Source of the DNA: Pseudobdellovibrionaceae bacterium
GTDB taxonomy: Bacteria > Bdellovibrionota > Bdellovibrionia > Bdellovibrionales > Bdellovibrionaceae
NCBI GenBank assembly: GCA_039810425.1
Contig: JBDHWW010000008.1
Coordinates: 21,323 to 85,322, forward strand
Direction of reading: 5' to 3'
Length of the DNA stretch: 64,000 nucleotides
Position numbers and translations under genes: made by a program. Positions 1-10,419 of the stretch are shown here, in pieces (position 1 is the first letter of the stretch; each line of letters begins with the position of its first letter). The notes below the pieces were generated by a model. The model searched no databases, was not told where the DNA came from, and saw nothing but the letters and a program-made list of their open reading frames with translations.

Positions 1-529
1 GTTCTTTTGAGGGCGTGGCAAAAGACACTTTGATTTCGTAGTCCGACTCCAACTTAGCCTGGGACCAGGAGTCCAACTTCAGAATAAAACCAAGTTTGCC
101 AGCTTCATCCCTCATTGCATCATTCAAATATTTATCCTTAATATACTCATAAGCTTTCTGCTCTTCCACCGGCAGGTCTGGGCTACGGCCGCGCACGTCG
201 ATGCGTTGTAGCAGCTCTTCATAGAACTCGCGCGTTTTCAGCACCTCGAGCTGCTTTCCGATTTGGGTGTTGCCTTTTTTCCCGTCGGCAACGGACTTGG
301 TCATGCCAAAATAAGCGGTTGAAAAAGCTTGCAGCGGGCTATTTTGGGCATCATTGACCAAAAGCCGCCCTTTTCCCACATAGGGTATTTTAAAAACATA
401 AAGTAAGAGGGAAACCACCAAGAGACTTCCAAAAAGTCCCACAAACAACTTCACGTGTCTCTTAAGAAGAGCCAGAAAATCGCCCGCTTGAAATGTCCGT
501 TCTACTTTGCTTTCTAGTAACTTTTCCAT
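1..529 (-). CDS. Wzz/GumC-like polysaccharide chain-length determinant, N-terminal part (runs off the window edge)
   Basis: Open frame from ATG at 529, translated by hand (not in the ORF track): MEKLLESKVERTFQAGDFLALLKRHVKLFVGLFGSLLVVSLLLYVFKIPYVGKGRLLV...; N-terminal TM helix then P-Y-x-G/A-x-x-x-L pattern, later '...QLEVLKTREF' and 'IKVSFATPS', all typical of Wzz/Wzc N-termini. Confidence 0.55.
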   Translation of the reverse strand, partial: MEKLLESKVERTFQAGDFLALLKRHVKLFVGLFGSLLVVSLLLYVFKIPYVGKGRLLVNDAQNSPLQAFSTAYFGMTKSVADGKKGNTQIGKQLEVLKTREFYEELLQRIDVRGRSPDLPVEEQKAYEYIKDKYLNDAMRDEAGKLGFILKLDSWSQAKLESDYEIKVSFATPSKE

Positions 530-639
530 GAAGCCCGTTATGCCACAGACCATACCGGTCGCATAGCGGGCAGAGGTCGCTGGAACAAAGCTTATTATGG
601 CGGTAACACCGCCGTCACAACAGAAACTCCAATGAGCTT

Positions 640-1491
640 CTAGAGGGCGTCAATGCGCGGAAATGTGACGGGGCGAATCACCGGGCCAGTCGCTTTGGCC
701 TCAGGTTTTATTTCGGTTTTCGTAACTGGCTTGTTGCCTTCAACAAAACCTTGGGTCACTTGCTGGAGGTGGTTCGCGGTTTCACAGGCCTGGCGGAAAG
801 CATCACCCAACTTTTTCAGGGCATCTTGATCGGCCTTCGGCACCTCGAACGCCTTCGTCAAATCCACCGGTACTTCGCGGCTGAGTGGAGCCTCTAAATC
901 AATGCGGGACTCCCGGAACGCATCCACGTCGGCGTCCGCCGCTGCGGCCTTCATCGCCGCCGGTGGTTCTGTGGAGGCCTGCGCCCATTCCGGCAGGCTC
1001 TCTTCGCAAAACATCAATTGATCTTTATTCACTTGCGCGATCATCTCGATTTCACCCAAGGAAAGATCGACTTGAGCCGCGATTTCCTGGACACTCATCC
1101 CCTGATGGGCCAGGCGTGCGGCTTTGACGTACTTGATTGTGCTTTGCCTTTCCACGATTTCACTGTGTGGAATGCGGTCTTGAAAAATCTTGGCAACCTC
1201 GAGGCTCTTCTGCATCGCCTGCTCAATTTTCTGAAGCTGCTTGTCCGAATTTTGCACTTGTTGCTGAATCTCGCGCACCTTTTGTTCCAGCAATGTCGTC
1301 AACTGCTGAACTTGAACTTCCGTGCGGTCAGACAAGTCTTCGAGAACCGCGATCTTGCTCTGCAAAAGCTGCAGCCCTTTACTCAAGCGCGGATCATCTT
1401 TTTGAGGGCGTTGCAGGCGAATCCAGGCACCCACGCATCCCGCGACCAGAACTAAATCCACAAATACTTGCGTCAATACCCAAAAGCTCAC
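640..1491 (-). CDS. Membrane-anchored coiled-coil protein with central HTH-like segment (DUF2802-like)
   Basis: 283 aa; N-terminal TM helix, long coiled coil, 'YVKAARLAHQGMSVQEIAAQVDLSLGEIEMI' resembles DUF2802. Confidence 0.55.
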   Translation of the reverse strand: MSFWVLTQVFVDLVLVAGCVGAWIRLQRPQKDDPRLSKGLQLLQSKIAVLEDLSDRTEVQVQQLTTLLEQKVREIQQQVQNSDKQLQKIEQAMQKSLEVAKIFQDRIPHSEIVERQSTIKYVKAARLAHQGMSVQEIAAQVDLSLGEIEMIAQVNKDQLMFCEESLPEWAQASTEPPAAMKAAAADADVDAFRESRIDLEAPLSREVPVDLTKAFEVPKADQDALKKLGDAFRQACETANHLQQVTQGFVEGNKPVTKTEIKPEAKATGPVIRPVTFPRIDAL

Positions 1492-1642
1492 GGGGCCTCC
1501 GTCGTGTCGTTATACAGACCAGTTTAGTGGAAAAGCGCCTGGACCTACAATGGACCAAGGTCTCAGTTTGAGGCAAAAAGTTTTCGCGGACGCGCGTTTA
1601 TGAGACGGCTTATGCTAAGCTAAAGCTAGGGAGAATGAATTC

Positions 1643-2827
1643 ATGACGCCGTCTATTTTACAGAGACTCTTCATTTTGATCGCGTCCGCGATGCTTTTAG
1701 CGTCTTGCGGAAATGTTAAATTCAGCGGTTTCTCCACCGAAAAAGTTGGTGAAGAGGGCATCCACGATGACAATGGAGGTCCCACTCCAGATCCTTCTCC
1801 AGGCGGAGGCTCTCCAACTCCGTCACCTGCTTTGCGAACAGTGACCTACTCGGAAGTGGTCCCGGCAAATCCAAATAAAGTCGACATCTTGTTAGTGATC
1901 GATGATTCGGGCTCAATGAAAACCGATCAGTTGAAACTTGCCAGCAAACTTTCCGGGTTCGCAAATTTGCTGGAAAGCCAAAACGTTCCTATGGACTGGC
2001 AAATGTGCGTGACTGTGACTCGCAGTCAGCTGATTAGCAATAACTACTACTGGGGGGCTTCCGTAAACTGGGTTGGATACTCACCTGCAGCGGGCACGCC
2101 CCAGTACGTTTTGAAAAAGGGCACCGCGAATCTCAATAGTATCTTCACTCAAACAATCAACGCGATTGGCGCCGGTGTTCCTGGCTCGGGCGATGAGCGC
2201 GGCATTAAAGCGGCCTTTCACCACTTCTATAATGGTGAGCCGGGCGTTTCTGGAACGAGCGGCTGTTACCGTAGTGACGCCGCGGTTTCTGTGATCGTGA
2301 TTTCCGACGAAGATGAACGTAGCGTGGGTGGCGATTGCTCTCGTATAAAAACGAATATGAACGAAGATCCGAAAACTTGCTTGCCTCTCGAGGCCGCCGA
2401 CTTGCCAAACAACCTCTTGTCTCAAGCTAAGACAGTCTTCGGCACAAATGTACGCTTCACGTTCAACTCCATCGTGGTCGCGGATTCGGTTTGCGAAAAG
2501 ACTCAAGATGAGACACCAGATGAGCTGAGTCAGCGCTCTCCTAGCCACCAAGGTTTGAAGTACATCGAGACTTCACGCCTGACCAATGGGGGTATCGGCA
2601 GCATCTGTGATAGCGACTTCTCGACTAACTTGAATATCTTTAAAGATAAAATCTTGAACTCGGTCTCATCGCTCACATTAGAATGTGCCCCGGTTTCGGG
2701 AACCCTGGCTGTTGCAATCGACGGAGCCAACACAACAGCTTACACGCTGACTGGCGCGAACTTGAAATTTACCAGCGCGGTTGTCGAAGGTCGACGCGTA
2801 ACGATGACATACAAGTGCACCCCATAG
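1643..2827 (+). CDS. vWA-domain lipoprotein
   Basis: Lipobox LLASC; Pro/Gly linker; MIDAS motif 'VDILLVIDDSGSM', later 'GDERG' and 'VIVISDEDE'; Cys-rich C-terminus. Confidence 0.75.
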   Translation: MTPSILQRLFILIASAMLLASCGNVKFSGFSTEKVGEEGIHDDNGGPTPDPSPGGGSPTPSPALRTVTYSEVVPANPNKVDILLVIDDSGSMKTDQLKLASKLSGFANLLESQNVPMDWQMCVTVTRSQLISNNYYWGASVNWVGYSPAAGTPQYVLKKGTANLNSIFTQTINAIGAGVPGSGDERGIKAAFHHFYNGEPGVSGTSGCYRSDAAVSVIVISDEDERSVGGDCSRIKTNMNEDPKTCLPLEAADLPNNLLSQAKTVFGTNVRFTFNSIVVADSVCEKTQDETPDELSQRSPSHQGLKYIETSRLTNGGIGSICDSDFSTNLNIFKDKILNSVSSLTLECAPVSGTLAVAIDGANTTAYTLTGANLKFTSAVVEGRRVTMTYKCTP

Positions 2828-2982
2828 TTCCTGTTAGTGATTTTACACTCGTAAAATCACTAAACACCCCTGTATAAACAGTAGTCTCGGCCCTTGGATC
2901 GTCACGTCCCAAAGTAGGAACCCCCTATTAATACCTTTGTGTATTTAGTTGGCTATGCTAACTTGTCCTGAGGGGGATAACC

Positions 2983-4296
2983 ATGGCTCAGAATCTTTTT
3001 AAGAGTGTAACTATTTCGTTACTCTTGATGTCTTTTCTGGCGGCGTGTGGAAACGTGCGTTTTTCTGCCAGCCCGTCAACCGACGGAACAAGTGCCAACG
3101 GCAGACCTGGCGATGACGGTGCCATCGTCGGTAATGATGGCGGGCCTCGTCAAGGCGATGACGGCAGCGTGCCAGGAACTACCCCACCCCCACCACCAAG
3201 CGGCGCTCGTGACCTTTCTTATTCGATGCAGGTTCATGCGGCGAGCAACAAAGTCGACTTTTTATTGGTTATCGATAACTCCGCTTCAATGATTGCAGTC
3301 CAACAAAAGATGGCTCAGTCAATGTCCGCCTTGGCTTCCCAAATGAACTCATTGAATATCGATTGGCAAATGTGCTTAACCGTAACTACTGATATGAATA
3401 AAGGTGGTGTTGCTTCTGGCACGGGTACTCACACCTGCACTGGTGACTACTGCACTGGTAGTTATACTAACGGCAGCTGGTTCTGGGGCGTTTCACTTCC
3501 TTGGGTGAACGGTAAATACGCGATCAACAAAGCGGACCTCACAGCCGATGCCAATATCTTTAATAACACGATTCCTAAACTCGGTACCGGTGACTCCGGT
3601 ACCGGTGACGAACGCGGCGTAAAGGCGGCTTACAACCACTTTGCCAATTGGAAAGCCGGCGGCCAGCATAACACGTCAAGCTGTTACCGCCCAGGCTCTT
3701 CTGTCGCCGTAATCCTTTTGTCTGACGAAGATGAGCGCTCTGTTGCAGGTGACTGTTCTCGCGTGAATGCTGATTTGGGTGACAAAGAAGTCCCTGCTTG
3801 CCGGGAGTACGTCACATCTGCATTGCGTGTTCTTGAGTTCCAAGATCAGCCCACAAACTTGGTTTCCCAGGCAAAGGCGGTATTCGGAGAGACAGCACGC
3901 TTTACATTTAACTCGATCATCTCAGACACGGATGCCTGTACGAATCAGTTAAACGCGAACGCGAGCTATGTAAAAAATGGCACTCCTTACTTCTCACCAC
4001 ACTACACGGGAACTGTTTACAAACAGGCTTCTCAGTTAACTGGTGGCGGTGTCGCAAGCTTGTGTTCTTCAGACCTGAAACTGAACTTGTTCAGCGACGT
4101 GGTTTTAAATACGCTCTCTAAACTGACGATGGACTGCGCTCCGACTTCATTGACGGTGAAAAAAGCGGCTACTCAAACAGGCCTTGCAGCCGCGACGCCA
4201 ATGTCCGCCTATAGCGTGAACGGCGCTGTGGTTACTTTCAATCCTCCATTGCAACAAAACGACTGGGTTTCGTTGCAATACCACTGCGCGCAGTAA
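2983..4296 (+). CDS. vWA-domain lipoprotein, tandem paralogue of 1643-2827
   Basis: Lipobox LAAC; 'VDFLLVIDNSASM', 'DWQMC', 'GDERG', 'LSDEDERSVAGDCSR' shared with the upstream gene. Confidence 0.75.
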   Translation: MAQNLFKSVTISLLLMSFLAACGNVRFSASPSTDGTSANGRPGDDGAIVGNDGGPRQGDDGSVPGTTPPPPPSGARDLSYSMQVHAASNKVDFLLVIDNSASMIAVQQKMAQSMSALASQMNSLNIDWQMCLTVTTDMNKGGVASGTGTHTCTGDYCTGSYTNGSWFWGVSLPWVNGKYAINKADLTADANIFNNTIPKLGTGDSGTGDERGVKAAYNHFANWKAGGQHNTSSCYRPGSSVAVILLSDEDERSVAGDCSRVNADLGDKEVPACREYVTSALRVLEFQDQPTNLVSQAKAVFGETARFTFNSIISDTDACTNQLNANASYVKNGTPYFSPHYTGTVYKQASQLTGGGVASLCSSDLKLNLFSDVVLNTLSKLTMDCAPTSLTVKKAATQTGLAAATPMSAYSVNGAVVTFNPPLQQNDWVSLQYHCAQ

Positions 4297-4330
4297 TCTG
4301 GTCATCGGCGCTATTAACTTTAGCTGCCAA

Positions 4331-5530
4331 TCAACGTAGCTGAGCCAAACAAGAAGCCATCCTCTGGATGGCTTCTTTCATTTGCGCTTCCGAGCATGCA
4401 AAGCTCAGGCGTAAATAGCCGTCACAACCGCACTCAGAACCCGGCACGGTCGCCACGAAATATTCATTGAGCAGAATATCCGCAAAGTCCTTCGAGCCTT
4501 CAATCTTGCGGTCCTTATAAGACTTGCCAAAAATCGATTTCATTTCCACCCACAGGTAGAACGCGCCCTGGGGCTCAATCACGCGCAATTGCGGAATTTC
4601 CGCAAAGGCCGCCATCGCCGCTTTTTTGCGCTGAATGAGCGTCTTTACAACTCCGGCTATATCCGGCTCAGAATGCTTGATCGCCGCAACCGCGGCATAT
4701 TGGGAAATACTGGAGGGGGAACCCGTCGATTGGCTTTGGTAATCGCCCATCGCCGCAATCAACTTCTCCGGCCCCACGGCCCAACCGATACGCCAGCCGG
4801 TCATAGAGTACGCCTTCGAACCGCCATTCACGAGAACCACGCGGTCTTTGAGCTCCGGTGCCACATGCAAGATGTGCGGAGCTACGCTCGTACCATCAAA
4901 CATCAGGCGGTTATACATATCATCAGAAATCACCACCACTTTTGGATGGCGCTTTAAAACTTCGGCAAGAGCCTTCAGTTCTTCGCGAGTGTATACAAGC
5001 CCCGTCGGATTGCTGGGTGAGCAAAACAAGAAAGCACGGGTTCTTGGCGTAATGGCTTTTTCGAGCTTCTCCGGAGTCATCTTAAAGTGAACTTCTTCAC
5101 CGCAATCAACCACCACAGGAACGCCGTCAGCCAATTCCACCATCGTTGGATAGCTCACCCAATACGGAGAATTAATGATCACTTCATCGCCCGGGCTGCA
5201 GAGCATCTGCAAAGCACCGAAGATGATGAACTTTGCGCCTGATGCGACCGTCACGTTTTTAACTGTATACTCTAGGCCTATTTCACTTTTGACCTTATCA
5301 GCAACCGCTTGGCGGAGTTCAACGGTGCCGTTGGCGGGAGTGTATTTCGTAATGCCTTTTTCAATAGCCTCTTTCCCCGCATTCGCTGCCACGGGGAACG
5401 TCGGCCAGTCGGGTTCACCCACCGTGAGTGAAATCACCGGATGACCTTTCGCCTGAAGCTCTTTCGCTTTTGCGACGAGGAATAGGGTTGGAGAGGTTTT
5501 TAAATTTTGTGCTCTTTTTGATAACATCAT
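4331..5530 (-). CDS. PLP-dependent aminotransferase class I (aspartate aminotransferase-like)
   Basis: GEPD, 'SPSNPTG', 'SDDMY', 'GGSKAYSMTGWRIG' PLP-lysine motif. Confidence 0.9.
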   Translation of the reverse strand: MMLSKRAQNLKTSPTLFLVAKAKELQAKGHPVISLTVGEPDWPTFPVAANAGKEAIEKGITKYTPANGTVELRQAVADKVKSEIGLEYTVKNVTVASGAKFIIFGALQMLCSPGDEVIINSPYWVSYPTMVELADGVPVVVDCGEEVHFKMTPEKLEKAITPRTRAFLFCSPSNPTGLVYTREELKALAEVLKRHPKVVVISDDMYNRLMFDGTSVAPHILHVAPELKDRVVLVNGGSKAYSMTGWRIGWAVGPEKLIAAMGDYQSQSTGSPSSISQYAAVAAIKHSEPDIAGVVKTLIQRKKAAMAAFAEIPQLRVIEPQGAFYLWVEMKSIFGKSYKDRKIEGSKDFADILLNEYFVATVPGSECGCDGYLRLSFACSEAQMKEAIQRMASCLAQLR

Positions 5531-6015
5531 TTGGACCTCCTCATTTTTTTCGTCAATGCCTCAGCAACAACGTCCGTGACTAAACCAGTGAGAGCGCCGC
5601 CATGCTGCGCGACCTCTTTCACTCCGCGGGAAGAAATAAAATAATATTTTGGATCCGCAAAAACGAGCATGGTTTCAATGTTCGGCGCCAGCATTTTGTT
5701 CATGTTGGCCATCGTTAGCTCGTACTCAAAATCAACAACCGCGCGCAGGCCACGCACGATCACATCAGACTTGATTTTTTTCATGTAGTCCGTCGTCAGG
5801 CCTTCATGGACGTCCACTTTGACGTTTTTTAAATGCGACAGACTTTTTTCGATGAGTTCTTTACGCTCTTGAGCCGTAAACAGTGAGGCTTTATTCGGAG
5901 ATTGCGAAATCAGCACCACGGTCTCTTCATAGAGATGTGAGATTCTTTGGATAATATCCACGTGACCGAGGGTGATCGGATCGAAACTTCCTGGATAAAC
6001 TGCGATCTTACTCAT
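5527..6015 (-). CDS. coaD: Pantetheine-phosphate adenylyltransferase
   Basis: 'YPGSFDPITLGHVDII', 'RGLRAVVDFEYE', 'ISSRGVKE'; start moved to ATG 6015 (MSKIAV), overlapping the rsmD stop. Confidence 0.95.
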   Translation of the reverse strand: MSKIAVYPGSFDPITLGHVDIIQRISHLYEETVVLISQSPNKASLFTAQERKELIEKSLSHLKNVKVDVHEGLTTDYMKKIKSDVIVRGLRAVVDFEYELTMANMNKMLAPNIETMLVFADPKYYFISSRGVKEVAQHGGALTGLVTDVVAEALTKKMRRSK

Positions 6016-6577
6016 GGCTTTCTTTATCCTGTTTTTTCGAGAAGAAAGATAGGACTTTGTCGCCAAACTCGCGATGGTCGTAACGCTCTAGATCGCCGTA
6101 AAGATCTTCCATTTTTTCGCGACGCTCAGACTCAATCGCCATCAAAGTTTGCGGTCCGAAAGCGGCACTTTGACTTGCATGTTCCATGACCGCGTGGGCC
6201 ATTTTCTCAGTAAATGGAGGGTCCGCAAAAATAATATCGAAGGCCGCACCTTGGTAGCTCTTTAAGTAGGCAAGGACTTCCATATTGACGATTTTATAGT
6301 CCGTATTGGGAACTTTCAGTTTCGCCAAGTTCTGACGAAGGATCTCAAGAGACTTCGGATGCTTCTCTACAAAAATCACCTCACGTGCCCCACGAGACAA
6401 AGACTCCAGCCCAAGATTTCCCGTGCCCGAAAATAAATCCACGACACGCGAGGCTTCGATATCAAACATGAGTTTATTAAACAGCGTCTCTTTCACGCGG
6501 TCTGTGGTGGGACGAATGTGACTTGCTTGAAAATCAACAAGTGGATGGCCTTTGTATTTACCGGAAATAATTCTCAT
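6008..6577 (-). CDS. rsmD: 16S rRNA m2G966 methyltransferase
   Basis: 'MRIISGKYKG', 'RPTTDRVKETLFN', 'DLFSGTGNLGLESLSRGA', 'DPPF'; usual rsmD-coaD gene order. Confidence 0.93.
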   Translation of the reverse strand: MRIISGKYKGHPLVDFQASHIRPTTDRVKETLFNKLMFDIEASRVVDLFSGTGNLGLESLSRGAREVIFVEKHPKSLEILRQNLAKLKVPNTDYKIVNMEVLAYLKSYQGAAFDIIFADPPFTEKMAHAVMEHASQSAAFGPQTLMAIESERREKMEDLYGDLERYDHREFGDKVLSFFSKKQDKESHE

Positions 6578-6939
6578 GACGTTGAGCCTTTTGCCATTTT
6601 CTCGGCGACTGATACGATCGAAAAAATATCATCAAACGGCTTTGGTATAAAAAGGTCCGCGCCCATTTGCAAGGCTGTTTCCATGTTATGCTCACCGGAA
6701 AATGCGGATATGAGAATAACTTTGCCGGACCTCTGGTGACCGATCTCTGAAAGGACCTGGGGGCCGGTCATTTTCGGCATGAGGACATCCAAAAAGACCA
6801 AATCGGGCTTCTGCTCGCGCCACATTTGTAGTCCCTGCAGGCCGTCCTCGGCCTCGAGAATGTCGTGACCATAACTTCTAAACGCGCGGCCAAGAGAGCG
6901 GCGTACAAGAGGTTCATCATCGACGACTAAAATCTTCAT
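6574..6939 (-). CDS. Single-domain response regulator (receiver)
   Basis: 'ILVVDDE', 'LDVLMPKMTG', 'KPF'. Confidence 0.9.
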   Translation of the reverse strand: MKILVVDDEPLVRRSLGRAFRSYGHDILEAEDGLQGLQMWREQKPDLVFLDVLMPKMTGPQVLSEIGHQRSGKVILISAFSGEHNMETALQMGADLFIPKPFDDIFSIVSVAEKMAKGSTS

Positions 6940-9005
6940 GCGGCGAACTCTTTAATAGGCAAAGTAATACAGAACACGGCCCCCTTGCCTGACTCGGTTT
7001 CAAAATGGATATCGCCGCCGAATCTCTCGATGATCGACCTCGACATACTTAAACCAAGGCCCGTGCCCAATCCTTCTTTTTTGGTCGTAAAGAAGGCTTC
7101 AAATATTTTATTCTGAATTTCCGGTGGAATGCCCGGGCCTGTATCCGACACGCGCAATTCCACCAGGCGTGGGTTCTTACCCGAAACTCCCGACGTCACC
7201 GTCAACGTACCGGGATCTTTCATCGCTTGGCAGGCGTTATTCACGAGATTAAACACCACCTGCTGCAAAAGATGTGGTTCCACTTCGACCAAGACTTGCC
7301 GGGCGTCGAGGTGCAACTGAAAGCGATGCAAGCGCAAAGCGGTCTTCAACATCGGCAAAGTCTTTTCAACAACCTCATCGACCGAAATAAGCGCCTGTGG
7401 CTGCTTCTCGTTTTGCGAGAATTCGAGAAGGTTCTTGATAATCTTTTGCGAACGAACCGCCGCCTTTTCGATTTCAGCAAGGTCCGAATGCAAGGCTTCG
7501 CCCTTCGGAGCTTCGTGCAACAAAACTTGCGCCAAAGAACGGAGACCTGTCAGCGGGTTATTGAGTTCATGTGCGATATGGCCCGCTAGTTTACCGATGG
7601 CGCCCATTTTTTCGCTCTGCAGAACCTTCAGGTAAAGTTCGCGTGACTCGGTGATATCCACATATTGATTCACCACGGCTGTTGAGCGGCCACCATCCTC
7701 ACTGGCAATAGGATAACTGTAAACTTGATACGTGCGCGGACCGACCTTGATCTGCCCGCTTTCGGAAGTTTTTTCTTTCAAGGCTTGCGCGGCGGGACAG
7801 CCGGTACAAACTTTTTTACCGCCGGTAAAGCTCTCGTGGCATTTCCCATGGCCCAGGAGCGAAAATTTCTTATTGGCGCGAATGACTTCATAGCCCACAT
7901 CCACAATCGCAATAGGATCCTTCATGCTGTCGAACGTTTTCTCCCACCGGTAAGAGAAGCTTGAAAGCTGATTGTCCAAAAGCACACGATCCAAGGCCAT
8001 GCTCAAAGGACCAAGTCTATCATTCATATACTCAAGGAAAAATCCCAGTTCCTTGTCAACGAGCGAACTTTCAAAACACAAAATCGCTTCGGCCTTGCCT
8101 TCGGCAAACTGACGAATCAGTTTCAATTCCAGTGGGAAAATCAGCGTTTTAATAAATGGCCGACCATAGTGATTGGCAAAGTGTTTTACCATTTCCGGAT
8201 GATTCGGTTGATACTTATCCGGGAACTCTATCTCAAGGGCCGTTTCCGATTGGGTAAACTGCCCGCCGTGAAAACTCATCAGGGCGGTCTTTGAGCCGGT
8301 CACACGGTAAGCAAGGATTGGATCGCCCAATTTGTGAAACTTGCGAAGTTCCTTCCGGAGAACCTGCAAAAGGTCCTCAAAAGAACTTTGCCCCGCGAGC
8401 TCTTTGATAAACCGAATCAAGAGGCGCTCACGACTCAGCTTTTCACTCTCTTCAGTATGCGAGATTTCAATATGCAGAGTTCGTTCCTCCACAATCTGCT
8501 CAAGCCCACTGGTCAGGATTTCGAGTTCGCGATTTCTTTGCGAGGACTCTTTTAAAAGCTGTGACTGCTGAGATTTTTGCAGGTGCTTCTCAATCGCGCC
8601 GTTCAGAAAAATACGGAAGGTCTGAATATCGAGTTCTTGCGGGATAATTCGCAGAACTTGCCCCCGATTTATGCCTTCACGCACGACACGCTCGTTAAGA
8701 TCTTGCGAACGTATGATACGGCTGGAAAAAGCCTGATGAACTTTAGCGGCGTAGACGAGATCCAGCGCGATGTTTTCACCAAGGTCGACTGAAATCAGAA
8801 TGACGGAAAAGCGACCGGCCAACAACAGGCGCTCCGCCTGAACGGCAGACTGCGCTTCGGCCCAGTCCACTCGCGCGATCAGCAATAACGCCCGGTACCC
8901 AGGGGGCAAAGGATCTTTTGAGATCCAGAGTATTGGATCAGCGCTTCTTATTGGTTTTACAGCGTCAGTCTTTGCTAGATTCATGAGCTTTAATGCTATC
9001 TTCAA
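6936..9005 (-). CDS. Cytoplasmic sensor histidine kinase (PAS-like + HisKA + HATPase)
   Basis: H-box 'AHELNNPL', N-box 'NLVNNACQA', G boxes 'DTGPGI', 'FFTTK', 'GTGLGL'; no obvious TM helix. Confidence 0.9.
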   Translation of the reverse strand: MKIALKLMNLAKTDAVKPIRSADPILWISKDPLPPGYRALLLIARVDWAEAQSAVQAERLLLAGRFSVILISVDLGENIALDLVYAAKVHQAFSSRIIRSQDLNERVVREGINRGQVLRIIPQELDIQTFRIFLNGAIEKHLQKSQQSQLLKESSQRNRELEILTSGLEQIVEERTLHIEISHTEESEKLSRERLLIRFIKELAGQSSFEDLLQVLRKELRKFHKLGDPILAYRVTGSKTALMSFHGGQFTQSETALEIEFPDKYQPNHPEMVKHFANHYGRPFIKTLIFPLELKLIRQFAEGKAEAILCFESSLVDKELGFFLEYMNDRLGPLSMALDRVLLDNQLSSFSYRWEKTFDSMKDPIAIVDVGYEVIRANKKFSLLGHGKCHESFTGGKKVCTGCPAAQALKEKTSESGQIKVGPRTYQVYSYPIASEDGGRSTAVVNQYVDITESRELYLKVLQSEKMGAIGKLAGHIAHELNNPLTGLRSLAQVLLHEAPKGEALHSDLAEIEKAAVRSQKIIKNLLEFSQNEKQPQALISVDEVVEKTLPMLKTALRLHRFQLHLDARQVLVEVEPHLLQQVVFNLVNNACQAMKDPGTLTVTSGVSGKNPRLVELRVSDTGPGIPPEIQNKIFEAFFTTKKEGLGTGLGLSMSRSIIERFGGDIHFETESGKGAVFCITLPIKEFAA

Positions 9006-10419
9006 GCATATAAACGCTCAAGATTCTTTGCAGCTTTTCGTGGATTTCCAAGCTGCGGCTGGCGACACTGTCTTGCGTGCCGGGCGGGATACGCAGCTTT
9101 TCCGTTTGGTACCACCTGATGATCGGCCCTACCGTCGGAATCATGCGTGCTACAGCCGCCATCACCTCATCCGCACGGTCCAGAAGCGGCCCCATCACTT
9201 CCAGACCTTTGTCTGGAATCGCGCGGATATTGTCCTGGGCAAGCTTGTTCACCTCGGAAATCCTCTCGATGGCCTGGACGAACTGCAGATCATCCACAAT
9301 CGGAAAATCACCACTCAGATAAAGCGCATGAATCAAATTCCAAGTAAAGAGTTCGCGGGGATCTTCATGGGGAACCTGATAGCTTGCCAGACCGACGCTT
9401 CTTTGAATCAAACCGGCCGGAGCTTGCCCGCACAATACCTGGTGTATGTACAACCCAAGCTCTTCAGATACGACATCCTCGGGAAAACTCGCTTTATAGA
9501 TATAACTTTGCGTCGCTTTTGGACCGGTCTCCCAAAAGTTGACTGAATCAAAACTGACATTCAAGCAAGGTGTGTTTGTCAGGCTTGCCATGTGCATCGG
9601 CGCACTGTCGCAACCGACAAGCAGTCGGGCATTTTTAAGCAGGTTAAAAATATCGCGAAGTTGGGTCTGGCCGATCAAGTTAATGATGCGACCACGGCTC
9701 ACGCCGGCCTCAATTGCCTCTCCAAGGTTTCTTTCATTCGATGCACCGATCATCACAATTGGGGTTTCCAGATTATGATCGAAGAAGTTCTTTAGAACTC
9801 GCGCCCACTTAAAGGGCGGCAGAGACTTCTTCGCTTCAGAAGCCCCGATGTGAACCAGTACAAAGCTTGCGGGTAGGCCGAAATCACGGCCATCCAGTTG
9901 AGGGCCGAGCCAATCGTCCTCTTTGTATTCGTAGCCAAGCATAGAAATAAAAATATCCGTCAAGTGAACGCGATTTTGGCCGTGGACACCGACTTGTGCG
10001 TAGAAGTACGCGCTGACTTCGTCTGGAATGCTCAGGAATCCATCGGCATGCCGAGTGTAACCAGTGACCCGTGTTTTCGCAGTGGAAATCGCATGAACCA
10101 GATAGCTCGATGCCGGAGAGAACGTCAAATTGATCACCCAGTCATACTCTTCGAGGCGAAGATCGGCGATAAAATGATCCAGCCGTGCCATAGACCCATC
10201 CACGTCCACGGACGCTTGGATCATGGGTTCCAAAATATTGGACGTTGGCATTTGAATGTGACGGTCGATGGCGCGCACCCCTTCGGTCGCGGCCGCAAAC
10301 CTCGACCGGGTTAAGAAGTGTAAATCTGATTTGGGATGCAAACGTTTGAGCGCCCGTAACACAGGCCAGCTCATGTAAATATCCCCAAGTCTAGCGAGCT
10401 GTATGACTAGAATTTTCAT
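8965..10419 (-). CDS. Glycosyltransferase family 9 (heptosyltransferase-like)
   Basis: 'ILVIQLARLGDI', 'LLVGCDSAPMHMAS'. Confidence 0.85.
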   Translation of the reverse strand: MKILVIQLARLGDIYMSWPVLRALKRLHPKSDLHFLTRSRFAAATEGVRAIDRHIQMPTSNILEPMIQASVDVDGSMARLDHFIADLRLEEYDWVINLTFSPASSYLVHAISTAKTRVTGYTRHADGFLSIPDEVSAYFYAQVGVHGQNRVHLTDIFISMLGYEYKEDDWLGPQLDGRDFGLPASFVLVHIGASEAKKSLPPFKWARVLKNFFDHNLETPIVMIGASNERNLGEAIEAGVSRGRIINLIGQTQLRDIFNLLKNARLLVGCDSAPMHMASLTNTPCLNVSFDSVNFWETGPKATQSYIYKASFPEDVVSEELGLYIHQVLCGQAPAGLIQRSVGLASYQVPHEDPRELFTWNLIHALYLSGDFPIVDDLQFVQAIERISEVNKLAQDNIRAIPDKGLEVMGPLLDRADEVMAAVARMIPTVGPIIRWYQTEKLRIPPGTQDSVASRSLEIHEKLQRILSVYMLEDSIKAHESSKD

